Below, piece by piece: positions 47,884 to 58,270 of a stretch of DNA of 64,000 bases. Source of the DNA: an uncultured Gammaproteobacteria bacterium. GTDB taxonomy: Bacteria; Pseudomonadota; Gammaproteobacteria; SZUA-229. The translations under genes and the position numbers were made by a program. The stretch lies in the NCBI GenBank assembly GCA_965602855.1, contig CBFCZV010000005.1:9559-73558 (forward strand). The letters run 5' to 3'. The first letter of the stretch is position 1, and every line of letters starts with the position of its first letter. The notes beneath the pieces were generated by a model. That model did not search any database. It was not told the origin of the DNA and saw only the letters and a program-made list of their open reading frames with translations.

Positions 47884-49722
47884 TTGAGTTATCAGGAATT
47901 TGAGTCCGATATGACCGCACCGGCTGAACCATCAATTGAATTAAAATCTGACGAGCGCTATTCCTGGGCGTATATACGTTCAATAGGCAAAGAGCATAAG
48001 CGCACCTTGGTTATTGCGCATATGATAGCGATTTTTTCTGCACTGCTGAGCGTGCCCGTACCCATATTAATGCCCATGCTGGTCGATGAGGTTTTGTTAG
48101 ACAAACCAGCAACAATAGTCGAGTTTATCTCGCGAATTTTTCCCGAGGACTGGCTGGGGCCAGTACTGATTATTGTCGTCGTCATGCTGGTTTCCATCGT
48201 CCTGCGTTTGATCTCTTTGTTATTGGCGGTCTGGCAGACTCGAAAATTTACCTTTATCGCAAAAGATATCAGTTACCGAATACGTGCTGGTTTGCTGGCG
48301 CGTTTGCAAAAAATATCCATGTCGGAATATGAAACTATGGGCACGGGTGCTATCACTTCGCATTTTGTTACCGACATCAATGCGATTGATGATTTTATTG
48401 GCGTCACTCTGAGTAAATTTCTGGTGGCGGTGCTAACGGTAGTTGGTATTTCTGTCGTTCTTTTGTGGATGCACTGGCAGTTGGCACTGTTCATTATTTT
48501 CATGAACCCAGTGGTGATTTATTTCACCATGGTCATGGGTAAAAAAGTTAAGAAACTGAAAAGACGTGAGAATACGGCATTCGAAGTTTTTCAGCAGTCC
48601 CTGAGTGAAACATTGGATGCCATTCAGCAAATCCGCGCCAGTAATCGTGAACAGCATTACTTGCAACGCGTCACTGAGAGCGCCCAGGAATTAAAAAAAC
48701 ACATGGCGGCTTATGGCTGGAAGAGTGATGTCGCCAGCCGACTTTCATTTTTTATTTTCCTGATGGGTTTTGAAGTTTTTCGGGGTCTCAGTATGGTACT
48801 GGTGTTATTCACCGACCTGAGCATTGGTGAAATGTTCGCCGTCTACGCCTATCTCTGGTTCATGATGACGCCGGTACAGGAAATACTGAGCATGCAATAC
48901 AGTTTGTTTGGGGCAAATGCAGCACTGGATAGAATCAACAAATTGGTGGCGCTCGAAAGAGAGCCAAATTATGAACACCGTGCTAATCCCTTTCTGGATA
49001 AGCATACGGTGGCGCTGCGAGTTGAGAATATTTATTTTTCCTACGGCGAAGAACTTAATGTGCTCGATGGCGTTAGCCTGAATATTGCGGCGGGCGAGAA
49101 AGTAGCGCTGGTTGGTGCCAGTGGTGGTGGTAAATCAACACTGGTACAGATTATTCTGGGGCTTTATCCTGCTGATTCGGGTGAGCTTTATTTCGATGAC
49201 ATCAATGTGAAGCAGATAGGACTGGACATAGTAAGAGAAAATGTAGCGACTGTGCTACAGCACCCCGCCATGTTTAATGATACCGTGCGTGAGAATTTGT
49301 GTCTGGGACGCCAGCACGATGATGAAGTCATCTGGCAGGCTCTGGCGATTGCTCAGCTGCGTGATGTCATTGAAAAAATGCCAGAGGGTCTGGAAACAAT
49401 TGTTGGTCGAAGTGGTGTTCGCATATCGGGCGGACAGCGACAACGTCTGGCGATTGCCCGCATGATTCTGGCTGATCCCAAAGTAGTGATACTGGATGAG
49501 GCGACATCGTCACTAGATACAGAAACAGAAGCACGTCTGCACGAAGCCATGCATGAGTTTTTGCAGCAAAGAACCACGCTGATTATTGCCCACCGTTTAA
49601 GCGCAGTGAAGCAGGCAGATCGCGTGCTGGTATTTGATGCGGGTAAAATTATTGATGAAGGTCATCACGAAGAACTGATAGATCGAGATGGTTTGTACCG
49701 AGATCTTTATAAGGGCCATTAA
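47884..49722 (+). CDS. ABC exporter, fused permease-ATPase (MsbA/lipid-A-type).
   Basis: Six TM helices precede an NBD with Walker A (GASGGGKST), the signature LSGGQRQR and Walker B (ILDEATS). Confidence 0.85.
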   Translation: MSYQEFESDMTAPAEPSIELKSDERYSWAYIRSIGKEHKRTLVIAHMIAIFSALLSVPVPILMPMLVDEVLLDKPATIVEFISRIFPEDWLGPVLIIVVVMLVSIVLRLISLLLAVWQTRKFTFIAKDISYRIRAGLLARLQKISMSEYETMGTGAITSHFVTDINAIDDFIGVTLSKFLVAVLTVVGISVVLLWMHWQLALFIIFMNPVVIYFTMVMGKKVKKLKRRENTAFEVFQQSLSETLDAIQQIRASNREQHYLQRVTESAQELKKHMAAYGWKSDVASRLSFFIFLMGFEVFRGLSMVLVLFTDLSIGEMFAVYAYLWFMMTPVQEILSMQYSLFGANAALDRINKLVALEREPNYEHRANPFLDKHTVALRVENIYFSYGEELNVLDGVSLNIAAGEKVALVGASGGGKSTLVQIILGLYPADSGELYFDDINVKQIGLDIVRENVATVLQHPAMFNDTVRENLCLGRQHDDEVIWQALAIAQLRDVIEKMPEGLETIVGRSGVRISGGQRQRLAIARMILADPKVVILDEATSSLDTETEARLHEAMHEFLQQRTTLIIAHRLSAVKQADRVLVFDAGKIIDEGHHEELIDRDGLYRDLYKGH

Positions 49723-49751
49723 TAAATAGCTATTAACAGAAAGGAAATATT

Positions 49752-50261
49752 ATGAAGCGTTATTTCTCAGGTTTGAAACAGTTTTTGTTAGCAGTTGGAT
49801 TTTCTTTGTTCATGGCACCTGCACACGCCACGCCTTTTGAACAGGGAGATATTGATGTTTCACTGGTGGTAGGTTCTGGGCAGGCATTCAATGATAACTA
49901 CACGATTATTGGTGCCGGTATTGGTTACTATGTTGCAGATGGTCTGAAACTGGGTATCGATGGGCAGACATGGACGGGTGGTGAAGTTTCAATCAATAAA
50001 TACAGCCCGCAGATTCAATACGTGATGATGCGCAAAGAAAAGCTGAAACCCTATGTTGGCGTTTTTTATAGAAAAACAACTATCGAAGGTTTTGAAGACC
50101 TGGATTCTACCGGAGGCAGAGCAGGGTTTTATCTCTCTGGTCAGGGTGGCCACTATATTAGCATTGGCGTTGTGCACGAGAGCTATCTCGACTGTGATGA
50201 AACGATCTATGTTTCCTGCTCTGATACCTATCCAGAGATAGCGATTACATTCAGCCTTTAG
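49752..50261 (+). CDS. Small secreted hypothetical protein, possibly an 8-strand outer-membrane beta-barrel.
   Basis: A signal peptide is present (FLLAVGFSLFMAPAHA). Alternating hydrophobic residues and Gly-rich turns are present. No family was assigned. Confidence 0.45.
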   Translation: MKRYFSGLKQFLLAVGFSLFMAPAHATPFEQGDIDVSLVVGSGQAFNDNYTIIGAGIGYYVADGLKLGIDGQTWTGGEVSINKYSPQIQYVMMRKEKLKPYVGVFYRKTTIEGFEDLDSTGGRAGFYLSGQGGHYISIGVVHESYLDCDETIYVSCSDTYPEIAITFSL

Positions 50262-50315
50262 TTGTGAGATTAATTTGCGGTATAATTGTGCTCTTAATTT
50301 ATTCTGGAGAAAATC

Positions 50316-50699
50316 GTGGCTACTGTTGAACTAGATAAAGATAATTTTGAAGCAACCATTACTGACAATGATATCGTGGTTGTCGACTTCTGGGCACCCT
50401 GGTGTGGCCCGTGCAAATCATTTGCACCGATTTATGAAACTGTATCAGAAAAACATAAAGATGTAGTTTTTGCAAAAATTAATACCGAAGATCAGCAGGA
50501 ATTGGGTGCAAGTTTTAATATTCGCTCCATCCCGACTTTGATGCTGTTCCGCGAAAAGATTGTTATTTTCTCACAGGCAGGTGCATTGCCAGAAAGTGCT
50601 CTGGAAGAAATCCTGAGCAAAGCCAAAGAACTGGATATGGATATGGTTAGAGCAGATATTGAAAAGCAACAGGCAGAAGCAGAGAAAGCAGATAGCTAG
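50316..50699 (+). CDS. trxA: Thioredoxin.
   Basis: A WCGPC active site is present. It has a GTG start. A -10 element TATAAT lies at about 50282. Confidence 0.9.
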   Translation: MATVELDKDNFEATITDNDIVVVDFWAPWCGPCKSFAPIYETVSEKHKDVVFAKINTEDQQELGASFNIRSIPTLMLFREKIVIFSQAGALPESALEEILSKAKELDMDMVRADIEKQQAEAEKADS

Positions 50700-50716
50700 T
50701 GTTTTTTTAAAATCAA

Positions 50717-50747
50717 AAGGCCGGATATTGTCCGGCCTTTTTTTTTG
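50717..50747 (+). terminator. Rho-independent terminator (ggccgga-tattg-tccggcc followed by a T9 run).
   Basis: A perfect 7-bp GC stem with a T-run follows trxA. Confidence 0.75.
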
Positions 50748-50811
50748 CATAATTGGTCGTTGGGTTATTGCTCATGATTAATTTGAGTTGTTATGAATTG
50801 TTAGAGATATT

Positions 50812-51645
50812 ATGCCAGAAGGGCCAGAAATAAGACGTCTTGCTGATGAGCTGGAAAAACAGGTGGCGGGTCGTGTCATTGATCGTATTTTCTTCGGTCT
50901 GGATTTTTTAAAGCAATGGCAGCAGCGCTTAACCGGATCAAAGATTAAGAAGATTGAAACCTATGGCAAGGCGATGGTAACTCGTCTGGATATGGGTAGT
51001 GATGATGATTTAAATATCTATAGCCACAATCAATTATACGGTCGCTGGATTTTTTGTAACACGGATGAATACCCCGACAGTAAACGACAGTTGCGTATGG
51101 CGATAGATTGCCAGGGGCGGTCTGCGCTTTTATACAGTGCTTCTGATATTGCTGTGCTAAGCAATGATGACCTTGGGCAGCATGCCTTTATCAGTAAGCT
51201 GGGGCCTGATATATTGAATAAATCAACGACGGTAGAGTGCGTTGTTGAGCGTTTGGATTCGGAGAAATTTCGGAATCGTCAGTTGGGTAGAGTGCTAACC
51301 GATCAGTCCTTTGTTGCCGGGCTGGGCAATTATCTTCGCTGTGAAATCTTATTTTATGCACACCTTCATCCCAAAACTCGTAGCCGTGATCTGAATAATG
51401 AGCAATTGCATTTACTGGCCAACACGATACTTGAATTAACACGCCAGTCTTATCAAACTGCGGGCATAACTAATCAGCCTGAATATGCACAACAATTAAT
51501 GAAGCAGGGTGCTTCTTTTGAAGATGCCCGCTTTTATGTTTTTAGGCGCAGTGGCCTGGCCTGTTATCGTTGCGGTGGTATGGTCGAAAAATTTACCCAG
51601 GCAGGGCAGGCGTGTTTTTGTTGTCTGCAGTGTCAGAAAGAATAA
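50812..51645 (+). CDS. nei: Endonuclease VIII / Fpg-family DNA glycosylase.
   Basis: The N-terminal catalytic MPEGPEIRR is present (Pro2, Glu3). An H2TH domain and a C-terminal zinc finger (CYRCGG...CFCCLQC) follow. It lacks the Fpg-specific loop, which is more consistent with Nei. Confidence 0.8.
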   Translation: MPEGPEIRRLADELEKQVAGRVIDRIFFGLDFLKQWQQRLTGSKIKKIETYGKAMVTRLDMGSDDDLNIYSHNQLYGRWIFCNTDEYPDSKRQLRMAIDCQGRSALLYSASDIAVLSNDDLGQHAFISKLGPDILNKSTTVECVVERLDSEKFRNRQLGRVLTDQSFVAGLGNYLRCEILFYAHLHPKTRSRDLNNEQLHLLANTILELTRQSYQTAGITNQPEYAQQLMKQGASFEDARFYVFRRSGLACYRCGGMVEKFTQAGQACFCCLQCQKE

Positions 51646-51647
51646 AT

Positions 51648-52136
51648 ATGAGTGTGAAAATTATGACCTTAAATAAAACCTCTATAAGTAGCCTGTTTTT
51701 GTTAGTTCTAAGCAGTATTGTGATGATGACAGGGTGCTCGATCCCTATTTGTTGTGCTCCAGATATTGATGAACCTCCGTCACGTCCGATGACTGAGGTT
51801 GAAAAGAGGAAAAAGTTGATCGGTGATTCATTAGATCTTTTTGCAAACCGGAAATTTGACGAGCTTACTAAGTTGTATGCCAATGAGGTAAGGCATCAAT
51901 TTAAAAAATCCATTCAGGAACAGGGTCCAAAAATGACAGATAAGGAGATCAGTGATTATGTTGAGGTGATGAGTGAGTTTGAATTTAGTAAGGAAACAAA
52001 TCTGAGAGGCAAAAATGGCTGGTCACTTGCTTATCGTGCAAAGAATTCAGATGGGAGGTTTATTGTTTATTTTATTCTTAAGGAAGATGGTGAGTACAGA
52101 ATTCTTGAGCAGAGAAGAACTCGGGTTTCTCGGTAA
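51648..52136 (+). CDS. Hypothetical lipoprotein.
   Basis: A lipobox is present (LSSIVMMTGC). The start was trimmed to the ATG at 51648, just after the nei stop codon. Confidence 0.5.
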   Translation: MSVKIMTLNKTSISSLFLLVLSSIVMMTGCSIPICCAPDIDEPPSRPMTEVEKRKKLIGDSLDLFANRKFDELTKLYANEVRHQFKKSIQEQGPKMTDKEISDYVEVMSEFEFSKETNLRGKNGWSLAYRAKNSDGRFIVYFILKEDGEYRILEQRRTRVSR

Positions 52137-52187
52137 GTTAAGTGCCAGGAAAGTTACCTGAGGTTTATTAAAGAAATATTTCCTGTC

Positions 52188-53888
52188 TCAATGGCTAAAA
52201 GCCTGTTCAGCAGGTACCGGCTTGCCAAATATATAACCCTGAATCAGATCACATTCCATCTCTCTTAGTAGCTGCAACTGATCTGGCGTTTCCACTCCCT
52301 CTGCCACGGTTTTAAGCTCAAGGCTTTTAGCCAGAGCGATGATGGCTCTGGCAATACTTTCGTCCTGTGGGTTGGTGGTGAGATCAAGGACAAAACTGCG
52401 ATCAATTTTCAGGGTATCGATTGGGAATCGTTTGAGATAGCTGAGTGATGAGTAACCCGTACCGAAGTCATCAATCGAGATGCTCACACCCAACGCTTTG
52501 AGGTTGTTGAGTACGCTGATGGAAGTTTCAACGTCATCCATTACTGCACTTTCAGTTAATTCTAAATCGAGTAATTTGGGGTCAACTTCAAACAGGGTTA
52601 GTGCCTGCTGCACAATGCCAACCAGGTTGGATTGCTGAAATTGCAGGCTTGAGATGTTGATGCTGATCTTTGGTGTGGGCTCCGATGATTGTTGTAGTTT
52701 TGCAAGTTGTTCGCAGGCGCTCGTGATGACCCACTCACCGATGGGGACAATGAGTCCGGTTTCTTCAGCAACAGGGATAAAGTTACCCGGTGGTATCATG
52801 CCGTGTTCAGGGTCAATCCAGCGGATGAGTGCTTCATGGCCAACAACCTCTTCAGTTACCGTATCAACTTTAGGCTGATAATAGAGTTCCATCTCATCAC
52901 GATCTAATGCACCTTTTAAGCGCATCTCGAATTTAAATTTATCGAGAGTGTGGATGTTCATTTCTTCTGTAAAGCAGTGAATGCTTTCAGTATTGCTTTC
53001 TCTGGCGTGACGACAGGCAATTTCAGCGCGACTCATCAGTGTTTCTACATCATCACCGTCGACGGGGAAGATAGCGATGCCATAGGAGCCAACTAAATTA
53101 TCTATTTGATGTTCACCAATCTGGTAGTTTGCTTCCACCTCTGTGCGCAGATCCTGAAGTAGGCGAATCACTAAGTCAGTGTTCTCTATATTCGGTAGTG
53201 CTACAGCAAAACGAATACCACCAATACGTGCAGATCGATGCTCAACGGTAGTGCGAAGCAGGTTACAGAGCCTGGATGCCCATTGATTTAATAATTGATC
53301 GCCGACCTCTCGACCAAAAATCTCATTGAGCATTTTCATTTTTTCGATGGTGATATGAATCATAGCGAAACTCTGCTGCGATTTTTTGTGTGCTTCGGTC
53401 ATCTCATCCATCCAGTGGTTGAAAAGATGGCGATTGGGCAGGCCGGTGTCTGGATCGAAATTGGACAGAGCGTGAACCTTCTCTTGAATCTGACGTTGAA
53501 TCTGCTCTGCCTTTTTGAGCGCGCGAATCTCCTGAATGACGACCAGACGTTCCTGATGACCATCAACTAGTGCATTAACGGGACGAAGATAGACGGGAAT
53601 GTTTTCACCTGATTTATGTAGCAGGGCTATCTCATACATGTCCTCACTGCCGCTGGCCATGTTTTTCTTTACCAGTTCATGATATCCCGGTGTTATCCAT
53701 TTAAAGACATTTGTACCTACAATTTCATCGGTAGTGAAACCACTCATTCTACTCAATGCTGGATTAGCATCGGTAATCATGCCGTTGATGTGGAAGATGA
53801 GGCCTTCATGAGATTTATCAAAGAAATGCTCCATGCGAGCCTTGCGGCCGGGGAATGGGCTGTATTCATTATTGTTTTGATCAGACAA
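52188..53888 (-). CDS. PAS / degenerate-GGDEF / EAL c-di-GMP phosphodiesterase.
   Basis: A PAS domain lies at the N-terminus. The GGDEF site is degenerate (RIGGIRF). The EAL domain is intact (HEALIRW, DDFGTGYSSL, KIDRSFV, ELTES). Confidence 0.85.
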   Translation of the reverse strand: MSDQNNNEYSPFPGRKARMEHFFDKSHEGLIFHINGMITDANPALSRMSGFTTDEIVGTNVFKWITPGYHELVKKNMASGSEDMYEIALLHKSGENIPVYLRPVNALVDGHQERLVVIQEIRALKKAEQIQRQIQEKVHALSNFDPDTGLPNRHLFNHWMDEMTEAHKKSQQSFAMIHITIEKMKMLNEIFGREVGDQLLNQWASRLCNLLRTTVEHRSARIGGIRFAVALPNIENTDLVIRLLQDLRTEVEANYQIGEHQIDNLVGSYGIAIFPVDGDDVETLMSRAEIACRHARESNTESIHCFTEEMNIHTLDKFKFEMRLKGALDRDEMELYYQPKVDTVTEEVVGHEALIRWIDPEHGMIPPGNFIPVAEETGLIVPIGEWVITSACEQLAKLQQSSEPTPKISINISSLQFQQSNLVGIVQQALTLFEVDPKLLDLELTESAVMDDVETSISVLNNLKALGVSISIDDFGTGYSSLSYLKRFPIDTLKIDRSFVLDLTTNPQDESIARAIIALAKSLELKTVAEGVETPDQLQLLREMECDLIQGYIFGKPVPAEQAFSH

Positions 53889-54007
53889 CGGTGACGCTCC
53901 TACTTAAAATCAATCCGATTATTTCTGCATGCCAGTAAACAAGAATAGATAAAGACCCTACTGCTGTCAAAGGATTTATGCCCTGCCCCACTCATGATGA
54001 ATATTGG

Positions 54008-55780
54008 CTATGCGTGATATTCCTCAGCATTTCTGTCATCAATGCTATCGATAATTTTGTCTTCTGGCTTATAAAGAATCATCGCGATATCAATCAGGTT
54101 TTTGGTTATTCTTGATGCATTGGAACTGTCGTTGGTTAATGAACTGGCCATCTCGTTGGTGATTTCACCTTTTACAAGAAGTTCTTCTACGTGGCCAGTT
54201 AATAGTACGTCCATTTTTTCAGCTTTACTTCTTTGGTTGTTGATTTTATCGAGGTGTTCTGCAAGGTTTTCAGCGGGGCCAATGCGTTTAATTTCTCGAA
54301 CGACTTTGAGTATACGTCGTCTTAGTACGTTGTATTCTTTTCGTAATGTTTCGTTATCCGATCCCATGTAACGCTCGAGGTTCTCATGTAATGGTTTCAT
54401 TCGTTTTACTATCTGCACCAGCAATCTATCTGCAACAAGGATGTTACGAATACTCTCGATTTGTTCATGTGTGGGTTTGGTTAATTTTTGTAACTGGGTC
54501 GCGTAGTCAAGAATTCGGCCGTAGATGATTTTTATTTGCGTGGCATAAATTAGATCAATGTCAATTTTGATGGTTTTGGGTGATATATCGAGAATTTTTA
54601 TTATGTCCTGTTCAGATTCAAGGTCATGTCGATGAACGCCCAGGCCGTGTGAAAAAACTTTGTATGCTGCATTTTCCAGTAAGCGCACAGATTCATCGGT
54701 TAAGGCTTTGATGCCAGTTTGACTGTACTTTAATGAAGATTTTGTTAGAAACTGTGGTTGATCAATCTCGACTTCTTTTTCCTCAACGGCTGGTACCATG
54801 CGTATCGCCAGATTGACGATAATCTTAATAAATCCGATTAGTACAACGGCATTAAGAATATTAAAGACGGTGTGAAAAATTGAAATAGCTATTGGAATAG
54901 CTGCGGCGCTTAAAAATGGTGACGCCCCCTCTATTTGTTCAACTACGCGTCCCACTGCATTAAGGAAAGGATAGAACAGTATTAAAATCCAGACAGAGCC
55001 GAGTACATTAAAAATCAGGTGTGCTCGTGCAGCACGTTTGGCGTGATAGTTACCAATAATGGCGGCGAGATTTGCCGTGATCGTTGTGCCGATATTCTGA
55101 CCCACAACCATCGCTGCGGCAATATCAAAAGCTATCCAGCCTTCGAAACACATCAACAGTGTCAGCGCCATGGCTGCACTAGACGATTGTATAACGAGTG
55201 TTAGTAATGTGCCGATGCCCAGAAACATCAGTATTGATAAAAAACCTTTGGATGTGTATTCGGCCAGAAATTCCAGCGCTTCGGGATGGTCACCAATATT
55301 GGGTACCGACTCTTTTAGGAACTGTAAGCCGATGAATAGCAGGGCAAAGCCAACAATAAAATAACCCCACTGTCGGGCTTTTTCGCTTTTTGAAACCGTG
55401 AGTAAAAATCCAGCGCCAACCAGTGGCAATGCAATAGCGCTCATTTTCACTTTGAAGCCAAGAATGGTGATCAACCAGGCAGTGACTGTGGTGCCGATGT
55501 TGGCGCCCATGATAACGCCGACGGCTTCGGTGAGCGTGAGCAAACTGGCATTGACGAAACTGACCACCATCAGGGTAGTGGCAGAAGAAGACTGGATGGC
55601 GGCGGTTATGAGAAATCCAGTTAGTAATGCAAAAAATCGGTTTGAGGTGGTGGTGGCGAGAATGCTCCGCATCTGATCGCCCGCCAGCATCATCAGGGAA
55701 TCACTCATGACTTTCATTCCGTAAAGAAACAGTCCGAGTGAGCCTAATAGCGTTAGTAAATCAGCGAAACCAAAATCCAT
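54008..55780 (-). CDS. Na+/phosphate cotransporter family protein (NptA/YjbB-like) with C-terminal PhoU-like domains.
   Basis: A duplicated Na/Pi-cotransporter membrane core is present (GANIGTTVTAW; GQNIGTTITA). A C-terminal helical PhoU-like region follows. Confidence 0.85.
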   Translation of the reverse strand: MDFGFADLLTLLGSLGLFLYGMKVMSDSLMMLAGDQMRSILATTTSNRFFALLTGFLITAAIQSSSATTLMVVSFVNASLLTLTEAVGVIMGANIGTTVTAWLITILGFKVKMSAIALPLVGAGFLLTVSKSEKARQWGYFIVGFALLFIGLQFLKESVPNIGDHPEALEFLAEYTSKGFLSILMFLGIGTLLTLVIQSSSAAMALTLLMCFEGWIAFDIAAAMVVGQNIGTTITANLAAIIGNYHAKRAARAHLIFNVLGSVWILILFYPFLNAVGRVVEQIEGASPFLSAAAIPIAISIFHTVFNILNAVVLIGFIKIIVNLAIRMVPAVEEKEVEIDQPQFLTKSSLKYSQTGIKALTDESVRLLENAAYKVFSHGLGVHRHDLESEQDIIKILDISPKTIKIDIDLIYATQIKIIYGRILDYATQLQKLTKPTHEQIESIRNILVADRLLVQIVKRMKPLHENLERYMGSDNETLRKEYNVLRRRILKVVREIKRIGPAENLAEHLDKINNQRSKAEKMDVLLTGHVEELLVKGEITNEMASSLTNDSSNASRITKNLIDIAMILYKPEDKIIDSIDDRNAEEYHA

Positions 55781-55932
55781 AGCATCATTTTTTATTATTG
55801 GATAATAACCGTAACATTAGCATGCTATGAGTGTTTTAACATACTGTCGATAAGCTTGATGTTGATCAATATTTCAGTTTTTGCTATCAGCACAATTATG
55901 AGTGTGCCGTTTAACTTTATCTGGTGTGGCTT

Positions 55933-56229
55933 ATGAAACGTGTTGTGATATTTTTTGTGCTTTATTTCTGTTTTGTCGGTGAGGTTTTAGCCGTTGAAAT
56001 TACGCGTGCAGTCATGCTGAGCAATTCCTGTGCAGCTTGCCATGGCACCAATGGCAAAAGTCCGGGTGAGATTCCGGCGATCAATGGTAAATCCTCTCGG
56101 TTTATTTCTCAGGCACTACAGGAGTTTCGTGATAACAAGCGTCCGGCAACGGTGATGGGTCGACATGCAACGGGTTATACGGATGAAGAAATTTTGCTCA
56201 TTGCTGATTATTTTTCAAGCTTACCTTAG
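55933..56229 (+). CDS. fccA: Flavocytochrome c sulfide dehydrogenase, cytochrome c subunit (mono-haem).
   Basis: A signal peptide and a CAACHG haem motif are present. It is immediately upstream of fccB. Confidence 0.7.
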   Translation: MKRVVIFFVLYFCFVGEVLAVEITRAVMLSNSCAACHGTNGKSPGEIPAINGKSSRFISQALQEFRDNKRPATVMGRHATGYTDEEILLIADYFSSLP

Positions 56230-56238
56230 GCGTTTATT

Positions 56239-57519
56239 ATGAAAAATTACAGTCGTAGAAAATTCATAAAGCTGCTGGGCGGAACGGGTGCTGCGTTATC
56301 TACAGCTGGTTTATTGAGTGGTTGCATAAAAACAACGTCAGCGAGAGTTGTGATAGTCGGTGGTGGCTTTGGTGGCTCAACCTGCGCCAAATATTTGCGT
56401 AGCTTTGATGTCAGTCTGGATATCACGCTGATCGAGCCATCCCCTAAATTTGTTACCTGCCCGTTCAGTAATATGGTGATCAACGGTATGCGAACGATGG
56501 ACAGCATTACTCATGACTACGAAGCGCAGATTAATCGTGGCATTAATGTTGTGCATGCACGGGTACAGGATGTCGATGCAGTAGCAAAGAAAGTGACGCT
56601 CGATAACGGCAAGGTGCTTGGCTATGATCGACTGGTGCTTTCGCCCGGTATTGATTTTAAATGGGATGAGATCGAAGGTATGCAGGCATCCGATACCGAG
56701 ATTATTCCTCATGCCTGGCAAGGTGGCTCGCAGACGACATTGCTGCGCAATCAACTTACGGCAATTTCTGATGGTGGTGTTGTCATTGTTGCGCCGCCAG
56801 AAAATCCATTCCGTTGCCCCCCCGGCCCTTATGAGCGTGTTAGTTTAATCGCGCATTATTTAAAACAGCACAAACCCAAATCAAAAATTCTGGTGCTCGA
56901 TGCCAAAGACAAATTTTCCAAGCAGCCACTGTTTATGCAGGGCTGGGAAAAACTGTATCCCGGTATGATTGAATGGGTGGCTGGCAGCAAAGGCGGGCGT
57001 ATCGATGAGGTTGATGTTGCAACGCGTACTCTGTACGCAGAATTTGGTGATGCACATAAAGCCGATGTGGTGAATTTTATTCCACCGCAAAAAGCGGGAG
57101 TGATTGCACACCGTGCGGGTCTGACTAACAATGATGGCTGGTGCTTTGTCAATCAACGAACTTTTGAATCTAAGGTGCATAAAGATGTGCACGTTATTGG
57201 TGATGCCAGTATTGCAGGCGCGATGCCCAAGTCCGGTTTTGCGGCAAACAGTCAGGGCAAGGTATGTGCCGCGGCTATTGTTAGCTCTTTAAGAGGTGTT
57301 GCCATGCCAGATCCTTCGTATGTAAATACCTGTTACAGTCTGGTGTCGCCTGATTATGGTATTTCGGTGGCTGCGGTCTATCGTCATAGTGAAGACAAGG
57401 GTATTTATAAAACCGGTGGTGGTGTCAGCCCGATAGATGCGGATGCAGCGTATCGTCTACGCGAAGCGCGTTTTGCCAAAGGCTGGTACGACAGTGTCAC
57501 CATGGATACGTTTGGTTAA
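56239..57519 (+). CDS. fccB: Flavocytochrome c sulfide dehydrogenase, flavoprotein subunit.
   Basis: A Tat signal is present ([19 protein letters not shown]). An FAD motif ([14 protein letters not shown]) and FccB-type redox Cys are present. It pairs with the small cytochrome c gene. Confidence 0.8.
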   Translation: MKNYSRRKFIKLLGGTGAALSTAGLLSGCIKTTSARVVIVGGGFGGSTCAKYLRSFDVSLDITLIEPSPKFVTCPFSNMVINGMRTMDSITHDYEAQINRGINVVHARVQDVDAVAKKVTLDNGKVLGYDRLVLSPGIDFKWDEIEGMQASDTEIIPHAWQGGSQTTLLRNQLTAISDGGVVIVAPPENPFRCPPGPYERVSLIAHYLKQHKPKSKILVLDAKDKFSKQPLFMQGWEKLYPGMIEWVAGSKGGRIDEVDVATRTLYAEFGDAHKADVVNFIPPQKAGVIAHRAGLTNNDGWCFVNQRTFESKVHKDVHVIGDASIAGAMPKSGFAANSQGKVCAAAIVSSLRGVAMPDPSYVNTCYSLVSPDYGISVAAVYRHSEDKGIYKTGGGVSPIDADAAYRLREARFAKGWYDSVTMDTFG

Positions 57520-57929
57520 TCAAAAACTTTCTTGCGCATATCCTTGGTGCGACCATGTTTGGTCTTGCTATCCATACGTTTCTTTTGTGAGTTTTTACTG
57601 GGTTTGGTGACTCTGCGTTTTTTTTGGGTAACAGATGCTTTTTGAATTAATTCCTGAAGCCGTTTGAGTGCAGCTTCCTTGTTTTTTTCCTGACTGCGAG
57701 TTTGCTGCGCCTTGATAACGATGATGCCTTCTTTATTGATGCGATGGTCTCTCAGTGCCAGCAATCGTTCTTTATAAAACTCAGGCAGTGATGAGGCGTT
57801 GATATCAAAACGCAAATGAATGGCGGTGGAGACTTTGTTGACGTTCTGCCCACCCGCTCCCTGTGAGCGAATGGCGCTGATCTCTATTTCGCTGTCATCA
57901 ATACTGACGTTATTGCTAATCGTTAACAT
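57516..57929 (-). CDS. arfB: Alternative ribosome-rescue factor ArfB (peptidyl-tRNA hydrolase, YaeJ).
   Basis: The GGQ motif ([11 protein letters not shown]) and a basic C-terminal tail are present. Confidence 0.85.
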   Translation of the reverse strand: MLTISNNVSIDDSEIEISAIRSQGAGGQNVNKVSTAIHLRFDINASSLPEFYKERLLALRDHRINKEGIIVIKAQQTRSQEKNKEAALKRLQELIQKASVTQKKRRVTKPSKNSQKKRMDSKTKHGRTKDMRKKVFD

Positions 57930-57943
57930 GACATAGAGTGGTT

Positions 57944-58225
57944 TTAGCCGTACAGACAGAGATAAGCAGTTTCAGTTTCAACTTTGACATCAAAAGCACT
58001 GTTTGCTCCAACCTTAAAAGATTCGCCTGCATTGTAGGTAGTGAATTCATTTTCACCTGCAAGCTTGATGGTGAGTGCGCCACTAACGATAGTCATTTCT
58101 TCTTTGTCATCAGTGTTGAAAACATATTCGCCCGGCACCATGACACCAACGGTTGCAGGTAGCGTATCAGTCTTGAATGCAATGGACTTGATATTGCCGT
58201 CAAAATATTCATTCACTTTTAGCAT
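57944..58225 (-). CDS. ppnP: Pyrimidine/purine nucleoside phosphorylase PpnP (YaiE, DUF1255 cupin).
   Basis: It is 93 aa, and [17 protein letters not shown]...[13 protein letters not shown] matches the YaiE family. Confidence 0.8.
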   Translation of the reverse strand: MLKVNEYFDGNIKSIAFKTDTLPATVGVMVPGEYVFNTDDKEEMTIVSGALTIKLAGENEFTTYNAGESFKVGANSAFDVKVETETAYLCLYG

Positions 58226-58270
58226 GTTTGTTCTCTTTATAAATTTTGTAATGAGTTATGAAAGTGGTTG

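Noticed and set aside
55781-55923. Pho box or FNR box in the Na/Pi-transporter / fccA divergent promoter.
   Set aside because: Only partial matches were found (CTGTCGATAAGCTTGATG; TTGATCAATA). They are not convincing without a PWM scan.
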